A stretch of 64,000 nucleotides of DNA from Eledone cirrhosa. Its lineage: Eukaryota. The notes below the pieces were generated by a model that saw only the letters and a list, made by a program, of their open reading frames with translations, searched no databases and had not been told where the DNA came from. Positions 14,764 to 29,502 of the stretch are shown here, piece by piece; within the stretch, counting starts at the first letter, position 1, and each line of letters begins with the position of its first letter. The stretch is taken from NCBI GenBank assembly GCA_964016885.1, contig OZ024756.1, positions 30,256,001 to 30,320,000 on the forward strand. Direction: 5' to 3'. A program made the translations under genes and the position numbers.

Positions 14764-14895
14764 ACGAAGGAAATGTGGTAAGGAACCAGGTGGACCATAA
14801 CGCACCAAAGTACTCAATACTTAGGGTAGTAGAGTGTTTAGTCCAGAATTAGCCGTCGAAACGGCTTGAGCTCAGCCGTCGGGGTCCTACTCGTT

Positions 14896-14897
<2 letters not shown>
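14762..14897. mobile_element. Family A insert (inverted tail joined to the hammerhead half)
   Basis: Minus-strand tail 14762-14835 fused to the plus-strand segment GTCCAGAATTAGCCGTCGAAAC... Confidence 0.75.
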
Positions 14898-14967
<70 letters not shown>

Positions 14968-14970
<3 letters not shown>

Positions 14971-15136
14971 ATAATAATAAATTTAAAGACTAAAATCCAA
15001 AGAGGGCTCGATAAGGATAAATATATATAAAATGTATAAGAACCGTAGAGCAAATATTTATTAAAATAACAGATTAAAGTTTAAGCAAAGAATCGCTGCT
15101 TTCACCCTTTGCTTAAACTTAAATCTGTTATTTTAG

Positions 15137-15142
<6 letters not shown>
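14968..15142 (-). mobile_element. Family B fold-back insert
   Basis: Arms ATTTATTAAAATAACAGATTAAAGTTTAAGCAAAG / CTTTGCTTAAACTTAAATCTGTTATTTTAGTAAAT. Other pieces at 15495-15555, 27874-27928, 32423-32456, 62552-62812. Confidence 0.7.
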
Positions 15143-15196
<54 letters not shown>

Positions 15197-15204
15197 AAAA
15201 TGAG

Positions 15205-15388
15205 GTTTTTTTAATATAAACAAAAGAAAAGAAAAATTAAAAGACCAGGTGTCCTACACAGATGAAAATAGAAGGAAAAAACATCGAAAATGCAACTGGA
15301 GTTTTTTTAAGAATATTCATTTATTTCCTTTACCGGTTTCACATGCTTTTCAAAAGTAAAATTGAGATGGAGGGTTTGTGATTTGTTT
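15205..15388 (-). mobile_element. Family H fragment
   Basis: Reverse complement of about 33390-33555, including TTGAAAAGCA..GAAACCGGTAAAGG. Confidence 0.6.
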
Positions 15389-15428
15389 CACACACACATA
15401 TACACACACACACATTTATATATCTTTG

Positions 15429-15495
<67 letters not shown>

Positions 15496-16012
15496 TAAAA
15501 TAACAGATTAAAGTTTAAGCAAAGAATCGTTGCTTTCACCCTTAACGTGATCTGAAAAAAAAAAAAAAAAATATATATATATAATAGAGAGAAGAAGGGA
15601 GTGGAGTAAGAGAAATATCTACTCCCTTTCAGTTATGTTCCAGTTGAGCGGAGAATTGGTCACTGTTTCATCAGTTTTCACATATTTCCGTTTGCCGCAT
15701 TAACAATAATGAAACCATGTTGAAACATCCCTTATTTTATATTTCCCAATCCGTTTGTTTATTCATGAAACTATTGCGTGGATCAAGCAAAGCGGATATA
15801 CCCCCCCACCCCACCCCCCAACCAAACAAACAAACAAGAAGCTACTTTCTCCCCAAAGACACCCCCACACACATAACTACAACGGTAGAAGGAAATTAAT
15901 CAATAGATATGCTAGAACTGATTGAACAATGATGGTCATTGGTGATATTCGAAGCACAACGAGACAACAATATGTTTTACTGATCAGGTGGGGAAAATAG
16001 TTCGATACACAA

Positions 16013-16240
16013 ATAATTGTTTCTACTTTTGGCACAAGGCCAGTGCATTACTGGTACTTTATTTTATCGACCCCGTAAGGATGAAAGGCAAAGTCAACCT
16101 CGGCGGGATTTGAACTCAGATCGTTAAGGGACGTTCTGTGTTCAAATCCCGCCGAGGTTAACTTTGCCTTTCATCCTTACGGGGTCGATAAAATAAAGTA
16201 CCAGTAATGCACTGGGTAATTGCTGGCCTTGTGCCTAAAC
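16013..16240. mobile_element. Two 5'-truncated family 1 SINEs fused head-to-head
   Basis: Minus copy 16013-16132 and plus copy 16133-16240; ACAAATAATT on both flanks. Confidence 0.85.
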
Positions 16241-16555
16241 AAATAATTATACTTAATAATTCTTTAATTCTTTCTTTTAAAAAAAAACCCCACAGTTAAT
16301 GACTTTCAGTCCGCTGAATAAATAATATTTTTTATATGTTCGTGTTTCGTATTTATTTTATATTTATTATTTTTGTTGTTATGTTTATGTTTTGTATTAT
16401 TCCAGTTTTAATAGTTTATTGAATAAAATACAGAAGGGAAATCTTAAATAAATAAACAAAGAAATAAATACTCGGTAAACACGTACAGATACACAGACAC
16501 ACATACACATGCATTCACACATATATAAATATATATGTAAGTACACCCCGCAATG

Positions 16556-16607
<52 letters not shown>

Positions 16608-16916
16608 CATGGAATCATGGATCAACTAAGCACCCTTGCTATATTAATACATTTTGATCTGCTTAAATTCAAGAACTATACCTGTAAATAACATTATTTT
16701 TTCTTTCACATTGACTTTTTATATAGACAATTATTACATATATAATAGATAAATAAATGCCATTGTTAATTAATAAGAAATCAACTAATACCTTAACACT
16801 TCACACAAAGTAAAACATTTCGTTTTAATCATTTTCTATCCAGAAAAGAGAGAAAGAAAAAAAAAGGGAAAAGAAAATATTTTTCTTCCTAATAATCGTC
16901 TTTTTCTCCCTGTTTT

Positions 16917-16993
<77 letters not shown>

Positions 16994-16995
<2 letters not shown>

Positions 16996-17101
16996 CAACA
17001 AAGAAGGTCTAGTAAAATACCAGGTGGATCGTAACGCACCACCATTTCGGATCTAGCTGTCGAAACGGCTGCAGCTCAGCAGTCGGGGTCCTGACTCCTG
17101 T

Positions 17102-17103
<2 letters not shown>
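16994..17103. mobile_element. Family A variant fragment
   Basis: TCGGATCTAGCTGTCGAAACGGCTGCAGCTCAGCAGTCGGGGTCC between TA tracts. Confidence 0.65.
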
Positions 17104-17162
<59 letters not shown>

Positions 17163-17290
17163 ACTCACCACTCTCAAGCGTGAACCTAATACTAACGGTG
17201 TTTGTACTGCACCTCTTCGTTATTGTTTTTGTTTTTATTTTTAACTTATATATATATATATATTGGACACTACCGTATATTTTGATAGAT

Positions 17291-17355
<65 letters not shown>

Positions 17356-17789
17356 CGGTCTTATTTAAGGGGTTTTACTCTAGACATACCCCGAATGACG
17401 GAGGCGTATACTGTTTATCTATTAACATATTTTATAACATTTGACATTAACACAAACCGTTCACTTAGAAGTTTTCACCGAAGATGAACAGTGGGTTTGA
17501 TAAGTAGATAGTTTCTAAGAATAAAGGATAACATAAGGTATAAATAAGTTAACCATACAAAATTTTCGTGAGTATTCCTTGTAAAGAATGTGAAGGCTTG
17601 CAGTCTGGTCGCTTGGATACTACACTCACAATCGGTAGCTTGGCAGCTCAAATTTAGGGGCATGTAACGCCCTAAGAACGACAAAAAGAGCATATATTTT
17701 AAAACTTATGAAATCCAATATATAATATAATATAATATAATATAATATAATATAATATAATATAATATAATATAATATAATCTCTCTCT

Positions 17790-17882
17790 TTATATAATTC
17801 TTTGTCGCCCTGTCTGTCTATCTGTCTTTTTCATATGCATTGCAAAACGGCCCGACCAAATCAAATCAAATTTTGCAAGGCG
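17790..17882 (+). mobile_element. Possible Helitron/DINE-1-like 5' fragment
   Basis: TATATAA..TGTCTGTCTATCTGTC..AAAACGGCCCGACC..AAATTTTG pattern. Confidence 0.35.
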
Positions 17883-18313
17883 TAACAACATATATATTTT
17901 TTTTCATTTGGATGATATAACACTTTCTCTAAAATAATCCACTATAGACAACTAACTAAGTAAACGGATATTTTATAACACGACGACGACGTCATATTTT
18001 GTATATGAGTGTGTATGAGTCAGGCTGTCTTATTAGAAGATCGACTCTATGCTACATATATTACAGACACGCAGCCAGAAATGTATGCTACACCGTTATA
18101 ATACACTGAAGATTATCATGTCTTTTAGGATAATGCTGAAGAAGAAATTCTATTAAACATGCACACACCCACACACACACACACATACACACGCACATAT
18201 ATATATACACACATATATATATATATATATGCGTGTCTGTGTGTGTGTGTGTTTGTGTGTGTATATTACGAATATATATATATTAAGAGAGAGAGGGAGA
18301 TACAAAGAGAGAG

Positions 18314-18411
<98 letters not shown>

Positions 18412-18989
18412 TGCGGTAGATATATAGATATATAGATATATACAATAATATAATTTGTATATATATACACACACACACACACATATTTGTATGTGTTTGC
18501 AGTGCGTGTGTGTGTGACGAAATAGATTTGTAATATATAGAAAATATTTTCTTCATGGTAGATTAAGCTGCCAAAAACAAGCAAGATTTCCAGAACAAAA
18601 TATTTTCTGGGCCATTATCCAGTATTTTTTCGATTCAAGATCATTAGATACAAAATTCAATGATTTTTTATATAAAAAATCCACCAAATTATCATCAAAG
18701 AAACATTTTTTGTCTCTCAGATTTTTAAAAATATTTCACACAAAATAATCTTACACATAAACGCACTCAGTCATAAATATTTACATATAAAATATACAAA
18801 TATATGTTTAAGTGTGAGTGTATGCATTTATATATATATATATATGCATGTATATATATATACGTGTGACCTGTGTGTGTGAAGGCGTGTGTTTATATGT
18901 TTACACACACTGATACACACATGTATATATATGTATATGTATATGTAAGTATATGTGTGCATATATATACATATATATACAAACATATA

Positions 18990-19086
<97 letters not shown>

Positions 19087-19341
19087 GTATATACATATCT
19101 ATATATCTATATATGTTTGTATATATGGTTTACATATATGGTTGTTTATTTGTATCTATGTCATTGAGAGAGCGCATGCGTATTTATGATTTATGAGTAC
19201 AGAATTCGTAACACATCCGGGTAAGTAATCAAGGAGACGAAAAAATTAATCAACAGTTCTACAAATATTGAGATAGTTTTATGGGTATAATGGGTGAAGT
19301 GGTGTGAAATTATCAGTATGACAAATACACACATAGAAACC

Positions 19342-19398
<57 letters not shown>

Positions 19399-19451
19399 CA
19401 CACACAGACAGACATATATATATATATATATATATATATGGGTATATATAA

Positions 19452-19536
<85 letters not shown>

Positions 19537-19582
19537 TGTATAAATGTATGTGTGTCTATATATGTATATATTGATGTATATG

Positions 19583-19618
<36 letters not shown>

Positions 19619-19637
19619 CACACACATATATATATAT

Positions 19638-19709
<72 letters not shown>

Positions 19710-19765
19710 TAATAGACACAATGAATAAAAACAAAGAACAAGTTCCTTATATTAAAAAATTAATC

Positions 19766-19889
19766 ATTTTACGATCGTTTCTTGGATATATATGTGTGTG
19801 TTGGTATGTATATCATATAGACCTGTGTAAAAATTTTACAAACTATCAGAAGAAATATACCTACCTTCACATATATATGCTGTCTTCAG

Positions 19890-19893
<4 letters not shown>
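19766..19893 (-). ncRNA. Type I hammerhead with ~100 nt stem II (family E, copy 1)
   Basis: Minus strand ATTT-CTGAAGA-[long hairpin]-GAAAC-GATC-GTA-AAAT; the element spans about 19720-19893 between TA tracts. Confidence 0.75.
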
Positions 19894-19948
<55 letters not shown>

Positions 19949-20097
19949 CATACATAGATACATATATATATATATATGTATATATGTATATTCATTTATA
20001 AATATATATGTGTGTGTCTATATATTTATCTATATATGTATATATATATAGAGGGAAAGAGATGAGAATGGGTATAATATTTATCTTTACGTTTAAT

Positions 20098-20160
20098 AAT
20101 TGTTTCTACTTTAGGCACAAGGCCAGCAATTACCCAGTGCATTACTGGTACTTTATTTTA
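20098..20160 (-). mobile_element. SINE family 1 3' fragment with target-site duplication
   Basis: TTTATCTTTACGTTTAATAAT repeated on both sides. Confidence 0.8.
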
Positions 20161-20293
20161 TCTTTACGTTTAATAATGTTTATGCGATTAACACTTACTA
20201 CGTTTTAGATGTTAATAGATATTTAGAAATCACACACGTACACACACACACATATATATATATATACATAAATATATACACATATAAATATGT

Positions 20294-20371
<78 letters not shown>

Positions 20372-20483
20372 AATTAGTTTATCTAGTAACATATATATAC
20401 ACAGATGCATACTTATGGTAGCAAATATATAGGTTTTGTCTTAGTAACTTTGTGGTTCAATGCATGGGGTTGCAGAACAATAA

Positions 20484-20607
20484 TATGAGAGACGTAAAAT
20501 AAGAAAATTATAAAATTAACTTACTTACTAAAATTTCACTCCCACTGGGATTAAAATTTTAGTAAGTAAGTTAATTTTATAATTTTCTTATTTCACGTCT
20601 CTCATAT
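20484..20607. repeat. Fold-back palindrome next to a TA tract
   Basis: About 52 bp arms ATATGAGAGACGT.AAATAAGAAAATTATAAAATTAACTTACTTACTAAAA and its reverse complement. Confidence 0.75.
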
Positions 20608-21160
20608 ATATATCTATATATATATTTATATATATTATATACATATATATATAGAGAGATATTAAAGAATCTGGCTTAACTAAAATAATCAATCTGTTTC
20701 AAAGATTCCTCTAAGGTATTTAGAGTAATATCTTTTTTCCTTCAACTTTTACATTGATTAAGTTAATATGGCGACTGTTATAACAGATCTAGATATACAC
20801 GAGTAACATTATTTTCAATGTAGTGACTGTACTTATGTACATGTACATCACTTGTATTATGACTATACAGACAAACTGAATAAGGTGTCGGTATTAAATA
20901 TACCTAGATTAGAGACAGGTAACATATTGTTTTCAATGTAGAAAGTTTTTTAATCTGAATGCAACATAACTAGTGTTATAGTTATATGAAGACTGAAATC
21001 TAATATGGCTTCTACATTAATCTATCTATCTTTCTATAAATTTATTCTATCTCTCTCGTTCTCTCTCTCTACCTACCAATTTCATAAATATAATATTATC
21101 ATCAATATAATATTATATGATATAACATATATATATATGCATATATATATATATAAATAA

Positions 21161-21249
<89 letters not shown>

Positions 21250-21460
21250 ATAAAATAACAGGAGGCTGGACTGGTGTAAATCCTTGAAAAGTTTATTATA
21301 CTATGATCATTTCAATGACCGGGTTCCGTATGCATCCGGTATTCGAAATATAACAAAGGAATATATATAATCCAGGGGTGAAATCAGAGACAGAGAGGAC
21401 GACTGACCAACTAGCTGCTTTCACCTCGGTCAGTCGCCCTCAATATATATATATATATAT

Positions 21461-21712
21461 GTAAGAATATTTTCGAAACAGCGAGCTGGTTTGAAATTAT
21501 TATAAATGTAAGCTATCGCCGTATTTTGACTACAGAAATTAAAGAAATTATTTAGCCTGATAGTGGGGTGAAGAACCCTCGGAGAAATGGAAAAAGATGA
21601 GTATGTACGTCAATACTCATCTTTTTCCATTTCTCCGAGGGTTCTTAACCCCACTATCAGGCTAAATAATTTCTTTAATTTCTTTAGTCAAAATACGGCG
21701 ATAGCTTATATT

Positions 21713-21718
<6 letters not shown>
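21461..21718. mobile_element. Family D fold-back insert
   Basis: About 105 bp arms centred on GTACGTC near 21605; second copy at 47871-48100. Confidence 0.75.
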
Positions 21719-21770
<52 letters not shown>

Positions 21771-21785
21771 TATATATATATGTGT

Positions 21786-21845
<60 letters not shown>

Positions 21846-22061
21846 AAGATGAAATAAAGATGGTTATAATAGTTCCATATATTTTATTATACCATATATT
21901 TTATTATCCTGCGACAAATGTTGTGTTCTCTTCAGATAAAAAATAAGGTACACTGATATAAGACATAATAGCACTTGATTATTATATGTACTCCAGTCTA
22001 CCAATTGTTGAGTGCTACATATCTGATTTTTGCATAGTTTTATTATTCTATAATATTCTCT

Positions 22062-22178
<117 letters not shown>

Positions 22179-22185
22179 TATATAC

Positions 22186-22264
<79 letters not shown>

Positions 22265-22308
22265 TATCTTTATATATATATATATATATATAAATATACA
22301 CATACATA

Positions 22309-22388
22309 TATGTATGTAGGACCTACATACATAGTCTGAATACAAGTCGTTTACACCTACATTGTAGGTGTAAACGATTTGTATTCAA
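22309..22388. repeat. Two adjacent short palindromes
   Basis: ATGTATGTAGG-A-CCTACATACAT, then TGAATACAAGTCGTTTACACCTACA-T-TGTAGGTGTAAACGATTTGTATTCA. Confidence 0.65.
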
Positions 22389-22456
22389 TTTAAATATCTT
22401 CACTCAAATGATTGTGAAATATGTGTATTAAAACTATAGTTACACCCACACACAGG

Positions 22457-22559
<103 letters not shown>

Positions 22560-23043
22560 ACACACACCCACACACCCACACACTCACTCACTCATATAAT
22601 TAATTTGACATCCCTAATAAGAAATCTTGACAGACATAGCTAACGTATTGTTTTCAGCTTAGAGACTGTGTTTAATGCGATTGCCTCACTCTTGTAACGT
22701 TGTTTTTGATGTTGTTGTTGGTATTTGTAAGGTCAAGACTTATATTCTCGACGGCGTCTTTCATTCTTGAGCTGGGTAAAATGAACTGTAGTTGTAAACC
22801 GAAGATCTCGCTTTGTCACGCCTTTTCACGCCTTGTCACGCTGTATCTCTCTTCCGTGAACTTGTGAACTATGTTAAAGGGAAGCATATGTCAGTGCCAT
22901 GCTCAATCATTTATCAGTTAATTTTCTGTTTCAGTGCAGTCTATTCCGTTGATTTAACAACTACGACACTCCTCGCCCGGGTGAAGCCGATCCGACTACT
23001 GCTGCTGCTGTTACTGCTGCTGCTGTTACTGCTGCTGCTGGTG

Positions 23044-23083
<40 letters not shown>

Positions 23084-23094
23084 ATATATATATA

Positions 23095-23273
23095 TAGAAA
23101 TGGTTTCTACAGGATTAGAACTGTTTAATTGGAAAGAAATCACCAGATGATTTTTCCTGACGATTTCTTTTAAATGAAACAGTTCTAGTCCTGTAGATTA
23201 AACATAATATTTACACTCTACTAATTTATTGTGTACCTAACTAACTGTGGTTACCCCCGATTGAACCCGAGAC
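23095..23273 (+). mobile_element. Family C diverged fold-back insert with hammerhead core (23152-23199)
   Basis: CTGACGA-TTTCTTTTAAAT-GAAACAG-TTCTAGTC-CTGTA-GA; the tail is homologous to 34616-34690. Confidence 0.65.
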
Positions 23274-23310
23274 TGCCCACCCCCACACGTATATATATAT
23301 ATATATATAT

Positions 23311-23374
<64 letters not shown>

Positions 23375-23377
23375 GTG

Positions 23378-23440
<63 letters not shown>

Positions 23441-23477
23441 TCCTCCCGTTCCCTCAATCTATCTTATTTCTCATTCT

Positions 23478-23513
23478 TTCTTCTGATGAAGGACTAGCGT
23501 CCGAAACGTTAGA
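23478..23513 (+). ncRNA. Minimal hammerhead (family F; element about 23440-23598)
   Basis: CTT-CTGATGA-A-GGAC-TAGC-GTCC-GAAAC-GTT-AG; stem III is only the palindrome AACGTT. Confidence 0.7.
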
Positions 23514-23597
23514 CACACTTCCTGCTATGTCAAGCGTTAACCTAATATATCCCTTCCATATACTGTACCGATCGTGTTATTATTTCTATTTATTTTT

Positions 23598-23717
<120 letters not shown>

Positions 23718-23843
23718 ATTGGTGTCGGATGTTTAAAGCGTCCGTATGCGGCAGGCCGTTTGAGCACTCGATGCTTTTACAGAGCAGAGTATAATATAAC
23801 ATTAGAAACGGAGAATCAGTGGTGCGACGAATAAATTTATTGG

Positions 23844-23937
23844 CCATATTACAATCGTTTCTCTGGCGACCAGCTCGAGGCACAATCTATGCAATGATCG
23901 AACCTGACTCTGAAATCACAAGATCATCAGATACGTC
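23844..23937 (-). ncRNA. Type I hammerhead, long stem II
   Basis: Minus strand CGTAT-CTGATGA-TCT...AGA-GAAAC-GATT-GTA-ATATG. Confidence 0.75.
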
Positions 23938-23978
23938 TCGATTTTTCGAAGCAGAGTTTCCAAGACATTTGGAATCGA

Positions 23979-24073
23979 GACGTGTCTGAGGATCTTGCGA
24001 TTTCAGAGTCAGGTTCGATCATTGCATCGGTCGTACTTCCAGCTGGTCGCCAGAGAAACGATTGTACTATGTC
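23979..24073 (+). ncRNA. Type I hammerhead, long stem II (mirror copy, weakened stem I)
   Basis: GACGTGT-CTGAGGA-TCTTGCGA...TCGCCAGA-GAAAC-GATT-GTA-CTATGTC. Confidence 0.65.
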
Positions 24074-24441
24074 TAATAAATTTCATTCGTCGCACCACTA
24101 ATTCTCCGTTTCTTATGTTATTTGATATATATATATATATAACGTCTTATATGGAGAAAAAGATGTGAGAGTCTGGAATTGGAAGATCTTTGTCATACGT
24201 CTACTCAATCAAATTTGATCGGTAGTAAACATTAACAACAACGAAAACAAGAGCAACAACAACAACAACAACAGTAACAATAACAACACTAATAACAATA
24301 TATATTTCAATAAAAACACAGACTGTTACAAGCAGAGAGAATATTAATTACATACTTATTAAATATTTAAATATATATATTTGTGGAGAAATACGAATAC
24401 CCCTGCCCCTATATATATATATACATTTTATATATATATAC

Positions 24442-24474
<33 letters not shown>

Positions 24475-24894
24475 CATATATATATACATGTATATATACA
24501 TATATATATACATATATATATACATATATATATACATATATATATATATATACATATATATATACATTTTATATATATATACATATATATATATAAAATA
24601 AAAATAAAAAGATGGGAATATCATTCATGAAACTAAATCTTCGAGGAAATGTATTTAAAATTCATGAATGCGAAAAATAAGAATACGATTTGACTTAATA
24701 TTTTATTTAAAATAATGGAGAAGGACAATTGCATATTTTTGAAAGACCGTTATAAAAAGAAAAATCGATAAGAGAAATATTGAAATGTGTGTTGCGTTAC
24801 AAGCATAATTGATCGGGAATTTAAAAACATGACATGTTCAAAGTCTGCCGATATGAATAGAAGATTCGTGTATACAAATGAACACACATAAACA

Positions 24895-25298
24895 TACGTA
24901 CATAAATACATACATACGTACATACATACGTACATATCTTTATACATATACGTCCATATGTACATATATTTGTGTGACCATGCATACATATATGTTTACA
25001 TACAAATCAAATATATATATGTGTATATATTTGACATAAATATATACATACGTACATACGTACATATCTTTATACATATACGTCCATATGTACATATATT
25101 TGTGTGACCATGCATACATATATGTTTACATACAAATCAAATATATATATGTGTATATATTTGACATAAATACATACATACGTACATACATACGTACATA
25201 TCTTTATACATATACGTTCGTATGCACATATATTTGTGTGACCATGCATACATATATGTTTACATACAAATCAAATATATATATGTGTATATATTTGA
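24895..25298. repeat. Tandem repeat, ~130 bp x3
   Basis: GTGACCATGC at 24974, 25104 and 25238. Confidence 0.85.
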
Positions 25299-25929
25299 TT
25301 TGTATATATATATGTATATATATATATGTGTATATATAGATATACACACACACACACGCACACGCACACACATATATATATGTATGTATGTATATATGTA
25401 GTTATGTATGTATATATATGCATATATCCATACCTACAATCATGTGTATATGAATAATCCCACATAAACGCACACCATACACAAGTACCACGTACATACA
25501 TTCATACATACATACATACATGCATACAAATAGACATAAATGCGTATATGCGTACATACATTCCTGTATTCGTACTACATGCATACATACAACCACACAT
25601 ACATACACACATGCTAGATGAATACAAAACACATATTTAAGCACATCACATGTGTGAGACATACAAATATCATTACATACACACACACACACACACACAT
25701 ATATTTATATATTTATCTAACACTTTATCGTAAAATATCTGATAGGCGTCTTCTTAACACATACAGAAACGTACGTGTGTTTGTATGTAAATATATACAT
25801 CATCCATATGTTCATACATACATATATATACATACATACAAACATACATGCATGCATATAAGGGTACATACATGCATATATGCATAGATACATACATGCA
25901 CGCAGGCTCGCTGACACACATACAAATAT

Positions 25930-25977
<48 letters not shown>

Positions 25978-25979
25978 GA

Positions 25980-26196
25980 ACGATCGACTTTTTTGTCAAA
26001 TCGGACCGAGGGAACAATGTTTCCGTTGGTCTTTCCAATTGCTAATACTATCTATCGGTCGCAACTCCAGGTAGAAGGAGCAACGTGAAATAAAGTGTCT
26101 TGCTCAAGGACATAACGCATCGCCTGGTCCAGGAATCGAACTCACAACCTTACGATTGCGAATACAATTCTCTAACCACTCAGCCACACGCCTTCA
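25980..26196 (-). mobile_element. tRNA-derived SINE family 2
   Basis: Minus-strand head TGAAGGCGTGTGGCTGAGTGGTTAG..GAGTTCGATTCC and GTCCTTGAGCAAGACACT core; near-identical copies at 30755 and 42347. Confidence 0.85.
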
Positions 26197-26339
26197 CTAA
26201 CTATATATATATATTCATACATCGTAAGTTAGTTTATTTTATAATAGAATATGCTGCAAACACTATCTGATAGCAGAGCTATATACGTAGAGAAGAAAGA
26301 ATAATTTATCTTATATTAATCTGTACTGAAAATATGGGA

Positions 26340-26725
26340 CATTCTATATGTTATACTCAATCGTGTGTGATTAGCGTAGTATTTTATATTTATGACTAAC
26401 AAATGACTCAGCGACCATATCTCTATCAAAGAGCTACTCAACATTATTAAACTCAAACCAATCAGATCAGTTATCAAGTCAAGAGTACTTAAACTGTATT
26501 GTCACATGAAAAGATCAACTTGTAGTGCGAGTAAGTTATGCCTAGAAGGAAAGTTATCCGGAGAAAGAAGCAAGGGCCAACAGCTAAAACGCTGGCTTGA
26601 TAATGTCAACTTGCGGACTAGACTTGATCTTTGCTCTTTAAAGTCTGTTGGTGATTAAACTTTGTAGAGAAGAATATCTCAAGTTGATGCGCAGTCTGCA
26701 ACAGGTGGATTCAGCCTCTACATGA
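26340..26725 (+). mobile_element. RTE-clade LINE ORF2 C-terminal remnant
   Basis: Reads IKSRVLKLYCHMKR..LCLEGKLSGERSKGQQLKRWLDNV, matching the RTE pattern GH..R..LEG...G.R.RG....RW.D. Confidence 0.7.
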
Positions 26726-26750
26726 CGTATTATAAAAATATTAGACAAAA

Positions 26751-27068
26751 ATAATTGTTTCTACTTTTGGCACAAGGCCAGCAATTAATCCCAGTGCATT
26801 ACTGATACTTTATTTTATCGACCCCGTAAAGATGAAAGGCAAAGTTAACCTCGGCAGGATTTGAACTCAGAAAAATAATAAAAGTTTAACATAGAAATTG
26901 AATAGTCGACGTGGTATACTAGCCGTTCAAAAACACACAAAATATTCGCATGGTCTGAGTTCAAATCCCACCTAGGTTAACTTTGCCTTTCATCCTTACA
27001 GGGTTGATAAAATAAAGTACCAGTAATGCAGTGGAATAATTGCTGGCCTTGTGCCAAATGTAGAAAAA
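26751..27068. mobile_element. Divergent pair of truncated family 1 SINEs
   Basis: Minus copy 26751-26870 and plus copy 26953-27068. Confidence 0.85.
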
Positions 27069-27199
27069 ATTATATTTATAATTTATTTCCTAAAACTCAA
27101 AATTTATGTGGCAATATTTGTGACCTGGTCAATTCTTTCTGTAACTCTTAATATAGTTTAATTAAACGAGAAGCAGCAATGAATCGTCTTTGTTATTAC

Positions 27200-27780
27200 T
27201 GTTTATCCCCAAGCAATCACTGATCCAAGAAGCGTTCCATTCGTGACTCATCTTTCTTCTATGAAGACATATAGCAACACATTTCACTGTGGTTTTCATT
27301 TTTCTGAAAACGTTTTTGAAACTGTCGCCTGAGAGAAAATCGAGTTTCTATTTAAAATATGTCACCTGATGAGGTAAAGGCTATTACATTAGCTAGAATA
27401 TATCTCCCCCCCTTTTTTTAATCAGTAATAAAATCGTTCAACACGTGATTCTACTGTTTCGTTTCAATAGGTCTAGCTGCAACTTCCATTGTGGTCTTCC
27501 TTTTACTAAAGACGTTGTTATCTGTAGCCTGAGAGGATATTTGACTCCTATTTCTAGCAGGTCACGCGACCAGTTATTGTATGCCATATTGGTTAAAATA
27601 TATTTGCTCTTTTATTAAGTACAAGAGAATAGGATAAAAGCCGTTCCATTCGTGACACTCTTGCATTGTTTTTCAGGATGTATAGCTAAACATTGTTTCA
27701 AGTAGGCATGTTTTTCTTAAAATATTTGCGTGTGAGTTGAGGAGAAATTTGGATTCTATTCGTAATAAGTCACGCGTGAA
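27200..27780 (+). repeat. Three degenerate tandem copies of an old interspersed repeat
   Basis: TTCCATT(C)GTG and GAG..GA..AT....T.CTATT..AGCAGGTCACGCG motifs recur; a related copy lies at 53552-53760. Confidence 0.45.
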
Positions 27781-28016
27781 GAGAGATACTCGAATTTGAG
27801 TAGGATATATGTATGTATGTATATATGTATATATGTATATATATATATATATATATGTGTGTGAATGTATATATAAGGATAAATATATAAATTATATAAG
27901 AACCATAGAGGAAATATTTGTTATTTTAATATATATATATAGAAATAGGAGTTAGCTTCAGGCATAGCTGTATACAAATATGTATAGACATTTCGTATTT
28001 CTATTATATATATGTA

Positions 28017-28091
<75 letters not shown>

Positions 28092-28189
28092 GGTTAATAA
28101 AATCTGTAAGAGTACATATGCTCAAAATGGCATCCTTGTTTATCAACTCTAGTTTGTTTTCATTTTATCTTCACGAGAAAATATATTCA

Positions 28190-28236
<47 letters not shown>

Positions 28237-28321
28237 TTCAAAACCCAGTTGTTGAATAGGCGGAAATAACGAACGATGGCCATTGTTGGACATAAACAAT
28301 ATCAAATAGAAACACACACAC

Positions 28322-28390
<69 letters not shown>

Positions 28391-28551
28391 CATATATATG
28401 GAGTGTTGAAAGAGCTGTGGCAACAGTTATAAATAAATGTGTGTGTGTGCTACTGTGTTACTCTGTGTATGTGCCTGCACATCAATCAAAATATCTATCT
28501 AGCTAGCTAGCTATCTGTCTATCCATCAAATCTATTTATTTATCAATCACC

Positions 28552-28582
<31 letters not shown>

Positions 28583-28703
28583 CATATATATATATATATA
28601 TATATACATATAAACGTCGAGTGTTCTAACTCATTACATCATTATTCACTAACCGGTATGACATGATCTACCCATTGGCAAACCACACGTTGTCTATATA
28701 TAC

Positions 28704-28944
<241 letters not shown>

Positions 28945-28945
28945 G

Positions 28946-29003
<58 letters not shown>

Positions 29004-29441
29004 GCACACACGCTTAAACACACAACATTAGACACAGAGACAAATAGAGTATGAGCGAAGACGAAATGAGAAATGGTTTAATGTAGAAACGAACGATTTA
29101 ACAAATTTTAAATAATTGAAATATTTAGCATAGTCAAAATATATTTTTAAGTGAAACAAAAATAATACCAGAGCGGCGACACATTGCCGACAGTATCCTG
29201 TATATTGGTTTGTTTTCTTTTTATATTTTCATTTGATAGATGCTGCTATGTTATAATTTAATTTTCCTGTTATTTATATATTTGTATATCTGTATAAAAT
29301 ATGATTGTAAAGTTGCGTTTCAACGGGAAGAAAAGAAGAGGAAAGAAAATAAGCGAAAATATCGTCTGCAAATTACCAATAGTGATTATAGAGACAAAAT
29401 ATATTTGCGTCCCGCCATATATACACACATATGATAACACG

Positions 29442-29499
<58 letters not shown>

Positions 29500-29502
<3 letters not shown>

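Larger units (their letters stand above)
23718..24122. mobile_element. Family G-related large fold-back insert with a hammerhead in each arm
   Basis: About 145 bp diverged inverted arms (23795-23943 / 23973-24121); TA flanks. Confidence 0.8.
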
